From Aquifex aeolicus VF5 (GTDB lineage Bacteria; Aquificota; Aquificia; Aquificales; Aquificaceae), in NCBI RefSeq assembly GCF_000008625.1, contig NC_000918.1:1170001-1202000 (forward strand): DNA of 32,000 nt, in the 5' to 3' direction. This document shows positions 16,100-27,189 of the stretch, one piece after another. Position numbers and translations under genes: made by a program. The notes below the pieces were generated by a model that had not been told where the DNA came from, did no database searches, and saw nothing but the letters and a program-made list of their open reading frames with translations. How positions within the stretch are numbered: position 1 is the first letter of the stretch; each line of letters starts with the position of its first letter.

Positions 16100-17541
16100 C
16101 AGAAGAACCTCTTTATATATCTGATAATATAGGGCTCGTAATGCTTCGGTGTTATCTCCACCTCCGCTTTTATCCCGTGGTGTAGCTCCTGAGGATACTC
16201 GAAAAGTTCTATCTTCACGGGAACGTCCGGAAGGGCGTACTCTTCACTTTCCGATATCATACTCTCGTCTCCCAGAGCCTTCTTACCTATGGCAATTACT
16301 TTGCCTTCCACGGTCTTTTCTATACTCGGGAAGTAGACACGAGCTTTATCCCCTACGTTTATGTAAAGTACATCCCTCTTTTTAAACCTCGCAATTACGT
16401 AGCCCTTTTTCTCTAAACTCTCTATCACCATAACGGGCATACCCGGTGTGAGAATCTGTCCTTCCAAGTAGTAAACCGAAAGCACTATCCCGTCAAAGGG
16501 AGCCCTGTAAATCTCAAAGTTGTCCTCTTCATCCCCTCCTCCGCCACCCGCGTAAAAGCTGCCCAGCTCCTTAAGGAGTGTGTATAAGAAAGCCAGATAC
16601 CTCTCGTCGGCACTCTTTTCTTTTTCCAACTCCCTTAAGGACAGGAGAAGCTCTTTATACTCATTTTCTTTATCTTCGTACACACTCCTGCTTATGTACC
16701 CGAGCTCAAAGGCGCTTTTTGCTTTTTCAAGTTCTACTTTTAAACTTCTTAGGCGGAATCTAGTGGCTTTTATCCTTTCATCAAGCAGGGCTATCTTATT
16801 CTTAGTCTTCTCAATTTCCCTTAGTATGGCAGCCCTGTCTCTCAGTATCCTAACACCAACACCCCCGTATCCGTCCTTTTCATCCTCTATCCTTGAGGTC
16901 TTAAAAAGTACTTGATTTTTCCTTACTTCGTCCCCTTCCTTCACGTAAACCTTTTCGAGGATTGCCTCCCAAGGCGTGATTAGAGAAACTACGTTTCCCG
17001 AATAAAACGCATCAACACTGTAAGCTTTCGGCGTAGCCCAGAATACGAGGTAAAGCCCGAAAGCAAGGGCTAAGGCTATTAAAAGGTATACAAGTATCGC
17101 TATAAATAACTTCCTGTTTAGCCTTCTTTCCTCTTCTTCCGTTAAAGGTTCCTCTATAGGCGGTGGGACCATAAGGCGTTCAGCGGTACTCAGGAATTCA
17201 CCGAATTCTTCCAACCTCCCCTCTATGTAAGCCTGTACATACTTCTTTAAAATCTCTTTGGCTTCATCGGGCAGTTCCTTAAACTCAAAACCAGCCTGAT
17301 CTTCACTGCTCCACTTGTTTATAGCTTCAGCATTTATGGCAACGTTGAAACTTGCAAAGGGAAGTATGAACTTTACTTTGTAAACTTTGTCTTTTTCAAA
17401 TACATCCTCCTTACTTTTCTCTATCCTGAAACCTTCGTAGGACCAGTCGAGGACTTTGTACTCCTTTCCGTCAATTGAGACTTTTGCAGGTATTTTTAAT
17501 CTGTAAGTTTTTCGGAGGTGGGCGTCCTCAAATTCAGCCAT
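16099..17541 (-). CDS. Alg44-like protein: N-terminal PilZ domain, one TM helix, periplasmic HlyD-type membrane-fusion domain
   Basis: PilZ motifs are RKTYR (RxxxR) and DWSYEG (DxSxxG). The TM helix is LFIAILVYLLIALALAFGLYLVFW. A coiled-coil hairpin and HlyD-type barrel-sandwich motifs are present (YRAPFDGIVLSV, VGDKARVYF...VEGKVIAIG). The ATGA overlap at 16099 joins it to the synthase gene. Confidence 0.75.
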   Translation of the reverse strand: MAEFEDAHLRKTYRLKIPAKVSIDGKEYKVLDWSYEGFRIEKSKEDVFEKDKVYKVKFILPFASFNVAINAEAINKWSSEDQAGFEFKELPDEAKEILKKYVQAYIEGRLEEFGEFLSTAERLMVPPPIEEPLTEEEERRLNRKLFIAILVYLLIALALAFGLYLVFWATPKAYSVDAFYSGNVVSLITPWEAILEKVYVKEGDEVRKNQVLFKTSRIEDEKDGYGGVGVRILRDRAAILREIEKTKNKIALLDERIKATRFRLRSLKVELEKAKSAFELGYISRSVYEDKENEYKELLLSLRELEKEKSADERYLAFLYTLLKELGSFYAGGGGGDEEDNFEIYRAPFDGIVLSVYYLEGQILTPGMPVMVIESLEKKGYVIARFKKRDVLYINVGDKARVYFPSIEKTVEGKVIAIGKKALGDESMISESEEYALPDVPVKIELFEYPQELHHGIKAEVEITPKHYEPYIIRYIKRFF

Positions 17542-19078
17542 CCAAAATCCTCCTTATTATTTCTTCTTCTTTTATGTCCATAAAGTAGATTAACTTCTGT
17601 ATATAGACGTAGTTTATGTACTTGAGGTAAATTAATTGTTCAAGCCTGTGGTATGTATCGAGTAAGTTCCTGAGTATAAGCGTGTAATTTGCCTCTCTCA
17701 AGCCGTTTTTCCAGAAGTAAATTTCCCTTTCTATCTCTAAAAAATTCACGTTTATCTGCTCAAGATGGTTAACTATATTTGAATAATTCCTGTTTATTCT
17801 TGAAATATAATCGAAAAGGAAGGAATAAGTCGTGGCATACGAAAGACGAGCACGCTCTTTAAAGGAAAGAATTTCTAGTTTATCAACCTTACCCAGGTCC
17901 GTAATTATATAAGGAATAGGCAGTTCAAACCTGAGTCCTAATGCCCAGAAATCTCTGGTGTTTCCGTCCTTTCCAGCGAAGTAGTACCTTGCAAATACAT
18001 CAAGGTCCGTGTGTCTGAGGTAAAACCACTTATCCGTGGTCTTTATTTCAAACTTTTTCAGATACTCCTCCACATCCTTTTTCCTTTTTTCGTAGTACTT
18101 CATAAATTCCTCTACGTTTATCTTCATTGGCTTTAAAAAGAAGCCGTTACTTACACTCTCTATTCCCTCTAATTCCTCCTTTTTTATCAGTTCTCTGTAA
18201 GGAAATCCCAAACTTTTATCGTAGCTTTCCGTAAATTTCACCCAGTCCTTTAATAAACTTAAGGTTTTATTCTTTTCACTTTCTACAACTCCCAGTTCGT
18301 ACTTCAGTCCTTTTAAAAATACCTCTTCCTGACTCTGAAAAGCCAGTAAGTAGGTGTACTCCTTTTGTATGTCAAATTCGGAAAATAGTTTTGCAAACTT
18401 TGCTCTTTCCTTTTCGTACTTAAAGTCTGCAAATCCCCTCCTGAAGAAGGAAAGTTTAAGTCCCAAATAACTGTACCACTTGTCCCCCAGGAGATTTTCC
18501 CCCGTTAAAGCCTTTCCCCTGTACCTGAACTCTCCGTTTATATACAGAGGAAAGGCTCTCTTGTAACTCTTTTCTTTCTGTTTGTACATCTCTACAACGG
18601 TGCTCTCTAACTTTTCAAAGGGCTTAACTTTTGTGGTGTTCCCTCTTGCAATAATTTCAGTTAATTTCTTCAGCTCCTCTATATTCTTTTCAAGAAGCAT
18701 TAAGAAGTTTTCCTTTGTAGTTTTACTTTCTTCAATTTCCTGTTGCTCGAGGGTTATCACCTTTTCAGGCTTGGGAAATACAACCCTACTTAGGTCATAT
18801 TCGCACACTCTTACAAAAGCATCTCTATATTTCTCCTTTATTTCGGGCAAAATTTTTAAAACGTCACTCTTATTTAAGTAAAACCCTATTCTGAGGGTGT
18901 AAAATCCACCTATTTTTTCAATTCTTACGTTGTCCATGTTTTTAAATTTTTCAAACAAAGGTATTAGATCTTCTAATTTTTCGGAAGAAGCTACTTGAAC
19001 GCAGTAGTAATTTTCTGATCTTGCAACGGATATGGTTATTAACAAAAGTAATAGAGAAAGAAGCACCCTTTTTCTCAT
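17534..19078 (-). CDS. Secreted SPOR-like domain + TolC-like outer-membrane channel protein
   Basis: The signal peptide is RKRVLLSLLLLLITISVARS. The SPOR-like block is YYCVQVASSEKLEDLIPLF...GGFYTLRIGFYLNKSDVLKILPEIKEKY. Two strand pairs (LYINGEFRYRGK/WYSYLGLKLSFF and LDVFARYYFAGK/FWALGLRFELPIP) are separated by long helical stretches, as in TolC repeats. The ATG at 19078 sits behind GGTGGGGG and is preferred over the GTG at 19087. It overlaps the downstream gene by 8 nt. Confidence 0.55.
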   Translation of the reverse strand: MRKRVLLSLLLLLITISVARSENYYCVQVASSEKLEDLIPLFEKFKNMDNVRIEKIGGFYTLRIGFYLNKSDVLKILPEIKEKYRDAFVRVCEYDLSRVVFPKPEKVITLEQQEIEESKTTKENFLMLLEKNIEELKKLTEIIARGNTTKVKPFEKLESTVVEMYKQKEKSYKRAFPLYINGEFRYRGKALTGENLLGDKWYSYLGLKLSFFRRGFADFKYEKERAKFAKLFSEFDIQKEYTYLLAFQSQEEVFLKGLKYELGVVESEKNKTLSLLKDWVKFTESYDKSLGFPYRELIKKEELEGIESVSNGFFLKPMKINVEEFMKYYEKRKKDVEEYLKKFEIKTTDKWFYLRHTDLDVFARYYFAGKDGNTRDFWALGLRFELPIPYIITDLGKVDKLEILSFKERARLSYATTYSFLFDYISRINRNYSNIVNHLEQINVNFLEIEREIYFWKNGLREANYTLILRNLLDTYHRLEQLIYLKYINYVYIQKLIYFMDIKEEEIIRRILDG

Positions 19079-19110
19079 AACCCCCACCTGATTGTATTAA
19101 TCTTAATACT

Positions 19111-19527
19111 ATGCTCAAGGTAAAAAAAGAAGTCCTTGAGAAAATGATAAAGCAGGCGGAAAGGGATTACCCTTACGAGACGTGCGGGTTGCTGATAGGA
19201 AAGTCAGAAGGAGGTATAAGGATAGCTTACGAGGCTTTTGAAACCCCTAATGCGAACCCCGATAGAAAACACGACAGGTACGAAATAGCTCCAAAGGACT
19301 ACATGAGGGCGGAAGATTACGCAATTTCAAAAGGTATGGAAATAGTAGGTGTTTATCACTCTCATCCGGACCACCCCGACAGACCTTCTCAGTTTGATCT
19401 GCAAAGGGCATTTCCCGACCTGTCCTACATAATTTTCTCAGTCCAGAAGGGAAAAGTAGCCTCTTACAGGAGCTGGGAACTGAAAGGTGATAAGTTCGAG
19501 GAAGAAGAGGTAGAGGTTTTCGAGTAA
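19111..19527 (+). CDS. JAMM/MPN+ metalloprotease (Mov34/Mec+ family)
   Basis: The glutamate region is YPYETCGLLIG. The JAMM motif is complete: HSHPDHPDRPSQFD (HxHx7SxxD). Confidence 0.85.
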   Translation: MLKVKKEVLEKMIKQAERDYPYETCGLLIGKSEGGIRIAYEAFETPNANPDRKHDRYEIAPKDYMRAEDYAISKGMEIVGVYHSHPDHPDRPSQFDLQRAFPDLSYIIFSVQKGKVASYRSWELKGDKFEEEEVEVFE

Positions 19528-20183
19528 TGGGACTGAAGGAAACGATAAAAGCCCTGGAAAGCATAGGGATAACGGAAATATACTTAAACAGGAAAATGGA
19601 AGAAAAGAAAGAGGATAAGTTTATCCTTCTAAAAAACCTCTACGAAGAGTGGAAAGACTGCACGAGGTGTGACCTTCACAAGAGCAGAACAAGAGTAGTT
19701 CCCGGAGACGGGAATCCTTACAGTCTTCTAGTCTTTGTGGGAGAGGCACCTGGTGAGGAAGAAGACAGACAGGGAAAACCTTTTGTAGGGAGAGCCGGGC
19801 AACTTTTGAATAGACTCATAGAGGAAGTTCTTGGAATGAAAAGGGAAGATGTTTACATAACGAATGTGTGCAAGTGCAGACCTCCCCAAAACAGAAAGCC
19901 AACGCCTATAGAAATGAGGGCATGTTTCCCTTACTTAAAAAAGGAAATTGAAATAATACAGCCTAAAGTTATTTGCTGTCTCGGAGCTACAGCAGGTGAA
20001 GGAATTCTAGGAAAGAGCTTAAGAATTACTAAAGTGAGAGGGCAGGTATTCCCTTATCCATACAATCCGAGGATAAAAGTCTTCTTAACTTACCACCCTG
20101 CCTACGTCCTTAGAAATCCGAAGGAAGAAACCACGATAATAAAGGACTTTGAAAAACTCAAAGAACTCCTCACTCAAGAATAG
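19527..20183 (+). CDS. udg: Uracil-DNA glycosylase, family 4 (Fe-S type)
   Basis: Motifs: CTRCDLH, GEAPGEEEDRQGKPFVGRAGQLL, NVCKCRPPQNRKP and HPAYVLRN. A TAATG overlap joins it to the JAMM gene. Confidence 0.9.
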   Translation: MGLKETIKALESIGITEIYLNRKMEEKKEDKFILLKNLYEEWKDCTRCDLHKSRTRVVPGDGNPYSLLVFVGEAPGEEEDRQGKPFVGRAGQLLNRLIEEVLGMKREDVYITNVCKCRPPQNRKPTPIEMRACFPYLKKEIEIIQPKVICCLGATAGEGILGKSLRITKVRGQVFPYPYNPRIKVFLTYHPAYVLRNPKEETTIIKDFEKLKELLTQE

Positions 20184-20883
20184 TTATTACCGAGTTCTTC
20201 TTCAGTTCCTTTAATAACTTTTCATACTCCTCCTGGAATTTTTTGGCGAGGATTTTCCTCTTGAGTTCCTCCTCGTTTACTCCTGAAACTTCCGTTAAAA
20301 TTTTTCCCACTTTAACCACGTATATCTGATCTTTATCCTCAGCAAATATTACATCACCTTCCTTCGATTTCCAGACCTGTTCATCAAGCTCCTTAATAAG
20401 GTCTCCCTTTTCCACTTCCAGAGATTGGTACTCACCACCGAGCTTTTCAGCGAGTTCCTTTAAGTTAAGATTTCCGCTTTCTATCTCTCTTAACAGCTCC
20501 TTTCCCTTGTCCTTCAGGATTGTTACAAGTTCTATCCTCTTCTTAGTCTTTACTTTTCCCTCCTTGAGCTTTGCAAGTTCGAGTTCTATTTCCGAAAGCT
20601 CCACTTTTCTCCTCAAGTACTCCCTCAGCCCCTCTGTTGCTATGAGTTCTTTCTTTACGAATTCCCTGAAGTCCTGCAGGGTCAAACCATACTTCGAAAG
20701 TTCCCGGGCTAGTTCCTGAGGCGTCATACCGTTTGCCTTCGCTATCTGCTGTACTATTTCGTCAACCTTTTCGTCTGGAATGTCTATTCCCTTCTGTACC
20801 AAGAACTGATAAATCAGGTTTATTTCTATTAGTCGGTTCAGGAGTTCTTTTCTATCCTTAACCCCGTAATAAAGCTCTGCCAT
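20170..20883 (-). CDS. SurA/PpiD-like periplasmic chaperone paralog. Coordinates run from the first ATG, but the true N-terminus probably lies upstream (up to 20997).
   Basis: The body has a SurA-N-like helical region and a degenerate parvulin-like segment. The in-frame upstream extension encodes GLLGKLVILLFLAFSFGKLIDKVVASVNREPILESDLK, which is signal-like and carries a SurA N-terminal motif. Confidence 0.6.
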   Translation of the reverse strand: MAELYYGVKDRKELLNRLIEINLIYQFLVQKGIDIPDEKVDEIVQQIAKANGMTPQELARELSKYGLTLQDFREFVKKELIATEGLREYLRRKVELSEIELELAKLKEGKVKTKKRIELVTILKDKGKELLREIESGNLNLKELAEKLGGEYQSLEVEKGDLIKELDEQVWKSKEGDVIFAEDKDQIYVVKVGKILTEVSGVNEEELKRKILAKKFQEEYEKLLKELKKNSVITILE

Positions 20884-20914
20884 CTTGAGATCACTTTCAA
20901 GAATAGGTTCCCTG

Positions 20915-21805
20915 TTAACCGAAGCTACAACCTTGTCTATTAACTTTCCGAAAGAAAAAGCGAGAAATAAAAGTATTACAAGTTTTCCCAGTAGACCTTA
21001 CTTGGTACTTTTTCAGAACCTCTGAAAGCCATTTCTTAAAAACCTCCTTACGTTTTTCCTTTAAGTACATCTTTTTCACCAAACTTTTTGCCCTTTCAAA
21101 GGGAATAAACCCCGCAGGCTTCTTGTCCAGTATTTTAAAAACCAAGTAACCGTCGTTTATCTTTATAGGTTTTGAGACCTCTCCTACACTTAAGGTTCTG
21201 AAGTTCCTCCTTATATACTTTGGAAGTGTAGGTATAGAATACCACAGCGGTTTAGAAACCTTAACATCCTCCGTAGAGGGAACCTCACCCTGTTTTAAAA
21301 TTTGGGAAATTCTTTCAGCTTCTTTTTTACTTTTCACATAAATTCCGAGCAGTTTTACACTTGATGGTCTGTAAAACTCCCTTTTGTAAAACTCATAGTA
21401 TGCCCTCAGAATATCTTCACTGGGATTTAGTTCCTGCTCTTTCATAAGTTTATCCACCAGCTTTTCCACTAAAATTTCGGCTTTCACCGCATTTATAACA
21501 CTTTTTTCCTTTATTTTTCTACCCACATACTTTCTAATAAAATCGTTAATTTCCTTTTCAGACACTTCAATTCCCATTTTTTTTGCCTCTTTTAGTATCA
21601 AGAGATCTGCAACGTAATCTATGAGGAAAATTCTCTTGTCTTCCTGTGTAGGTTTTGCAGAGGACAGATGAGTTATCCTTTTCCAGAAAACATGGAAGAG
21701 TGTATCCAGCTCTTCTTTAGTAACTTTATAACCGTCTACTTCCGCGACTATTTGGGAAAAGATAAATCCGATAAAAAACAAAATAACAAGAATAGGCTTT
21801 TTCAT
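20915..21805 (-). CDS. SurA/PrsA-like periplasmic chaperone with a degenerate parvulin PPIase domain
   Basis: The signal segment is MKKPILVILFFIGFIFS. The motif VAEVDGYKVTKEEL is typical of SurA-N. The parvulin-like block VKLLGIYVKSKKEAERISQILKQGE...VGEVSKPIKINDGYLVFKI lacks the usual His. Confidence 0.65.
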   Translation of the reverse strand: MKKPILVILFFIGFIFSQIVAEVDGYKVTKEELDTLFHVFWKRITHLSSAKPTQEDKRIFLIDYVADLLILKEAKKMGIEVSEKEINDFIRKYVGRKIKEKSVINAVKAEILVEKLVDKLMKEQELNPSEDILRAYYEFYKREFYRPSSVKLLGIYVKSKKEAERISQILKQGEVPSTEDVKVSKPLWYSIPTLPKYIRRNFRTLSVGEVSKPIKINDGYLVFKILDKKPAGFIPFERAKSLVKKMYLKEKRKEVFKKWLSEVLKKYQVRSTGKTCNTFISRFFFRKVNRQGCSFG

Positions 21806-21822
21806 AAGGAAAATTTTACCTC

Positions 21823-21851
21823 TTGACTAGGGGTAGGAGTGGATATAGAAT
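21823..21851 (+). promoter_or_regulatory. rRNA operon promoter P1 (sigma70-type)
   Basis: TTGACT (21823..21828), a 17-nt spacer, then TAGAAT (21846..21851). Confidence 0.6.
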
Positions 21852-21899
21852 AAGGAGATGTCACAGGTGATTAACCTGAAGAAAGGCAGCTAAAAAGTC

Positions 21900-21927
21900 T
21901 TGACATTTTGTGAAAGATGTTTATAAT
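21900..21927 (+). promoter_or_regulatory. rRNA operon promoter P2 (consensus sigma70)
   Basis: TTGACA (21900..21905), a 16-nt spacer, then TATAAT (21922..21927). It lies about 140 nt upstream of the 16S 5' end. Confidence 0.7.
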
Positions 21928-21972
21928 TAAAATTTCGTGTCCGGGGCAATAACGCCCCACCTAGGCTCCTTG

Positions 21973-22005
21973 GCAACTGAATAGAGGGTGAGCCTCTCCT
22001 CCTTT
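21973..22005 (+). repeat. 5' arm of the 16S rRNA processing helix
   Basis: GCAACTGAATAGAGGGTGAGCCTCTCCTCCTTT is complementary to 23712..23744, with 33 positions and one A/C mismatch. Confidence 0.85.
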
Positions 22006-22070
22006 AATCAGTGGGGTCCAGCATCAGGTGATCCCAATTTCTGGTTCCCCATAAATCGCTTGCGCCTATT

Positions 22071-23654
<1,584 letters not shown>

Positions 23655-23711
23655 ATAACGGAGACAAAAGCTCCCCACAAAAGGGGAGCTCATCCCTGTC
23701 TAGTGCATATA

Positions 23712-23744
23712 AAAGGAGGAGAGGCTCACCCTCTACTCAGTTGC
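23712..23744 (+). repeat. 3' arm of the 16S rRNA processing helix
   Basis: AAAGGAGGAGAGGCTCACCCTCTACTCAGTTGC is the reverse complement of 21973..22005. Confidence 0.85.
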
Positions 23745-23759
23745 TCCCCTTGCAAAGCA

Positions 23760-23833
23760 GGGCCTCTAGCTCAGCTGGTTAGAGCGTGCCCCTGATAAGG
23801 GCAAGGTCCCAGGTTCGAGTCCTGGGAGGCCCA
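23760..23833 (+). tRNA. tRNA-Ile (anticodon GAT), CCA not encoded
   Basis: The sequence is GGGCCTCTAGCTCAGCTGGTTAGAGCGTGCCCCTGATAAGGGCAAGGTCCCAGGTTCGAGTCCTGGGAGGCCCA. The anticodon loop is CTGATAA. Confidence 0.95.
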
Positions 23834-23849
23834 TATTAGGGGCACCTTC

Positions 23850-23922
23850 GGGGGTGTAGCTCAGCTGGGAGAGCGCCTGCTTTGCAAGCAGGAGGTCGTG
23901 GGTTCGAGTCCCACCACCTCCA
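23850..23922 (+). tRNA. tRNA-Ala (anticodon TGC), CCA not encoded
   Basis: The sequence is GGGGGTGTAGCTCAGCTGGGAGAGCGCCTGCTTTGCAAGCAGGAGGTCGTGGGTTCGAGTCCCACCACCTCCA. The G3:U70 identity pair is present and the anticodon loop is TTTGCAA. Confidence 0.95.
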
Positions 23923-23933
23923 CTTGGCTCCTT

Positions 23934-23966
23934 GTCAACAGAATAAAGCCTGTACCTCCTCCCGCC

Positions 23967-23977
<11 letters not shown>
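23934..23977 (+). repeat. 5' arm of the 23S rRNA processing helix
   Basis: GTCAACAGAATAAAGCCTGTACCTCCTCCCGCCGGTGTGCAAGT pairs with 26915..26958 over 44 positions. The only deviations are two G-U wobbles. Confidence 0.85.
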
Positions 23978-26914
<2,937 letters not shown>

Positions 26915-26925
<11 letters not shown>

Positions 26926-26958
26926 GGTGGGAGGAGGTACAGGCTTTATTCTGTTGAC
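26915..26958 (+). repeat. 3' arm of the 23S rRNA processing helix
   Basis: ACTTGCACGCCGGTGGGAGGAGGTACAGGCTTTATTCTGTTGAC is the reverse complement of 23934..23977. Confidence 0.85.
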
Positions 26959-26963
26959 GGATT

Positions 26964-27085
26964 GCCCCTGGTGGCCATAGCGGGGGGGAAACACCCGGTC
27001 CCATTCCGAACCCGGCAGTTAAGCCCCCCAGCGCCGATGATACTGTGCCGGCAGCGGCACGGGAAAGTAGGTCGCTGCCAGGGGC
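26964..27085 (+). rRNA. rrf: 5S ribosomal RNA
   Basis: The sequence runs GCCCCTGGTGGCCATAGCGGGGGGGAAACACCCGGTCCCATTCCGAACCCGGCAGTTAAGCC...GGGAAAGTAGGTCGCTGCCAGGGGC. The terminal helix GCCCCTGG/CCAGGGGC closes it. Confidence 0.93.
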
Positions 27086-27108
27086 TTTTAATTTAATTTA
27101 TTTAGAAA

Positions 27109-27185
27109 GGGCCCGTAGCTCAGTTGGATAGAGCAGGGGATTTCTAATCCCCAGGTCGGGGGTTCGAGTCCCTCCGGGCCCACCA
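27109..27185 (+). tRNA. tRNA-Arg (anticodon TCT), 3' CCA encoded
   Basis: The sequence is GGGCCCGTAGCTCAGTTGGATAGAGCAGGGGATTTCTAATCCCCAGGTCGGGGGTTCGAGTCCCTCCGGGCCCACCA. The anticodon loop is TTTCTAA. Confidence 0.93.
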
Positions 27186-27189
27186 CTGG

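Noticed and set aside
20170-21805. Reading the two SurA-like ORFs as one frameshifted gene (a pseudogene).
   Set aside because: The junction encodes a hydrophobic signal-peptide-like segment in the second frame. That would be buried mid-protein in a fusion. Two separate secreted paralogs is the simpler reading, and the start-codon problem is reported as a finding instead.
27086-27108. The T-rich tract after the 5S as the operon terminator.
   Set aside because: A same-strand tRNA-Arg follows 23 nt later and is likely part of the same transcript. There is no separate stem-loop other than the terminal helix of the 5S itself.
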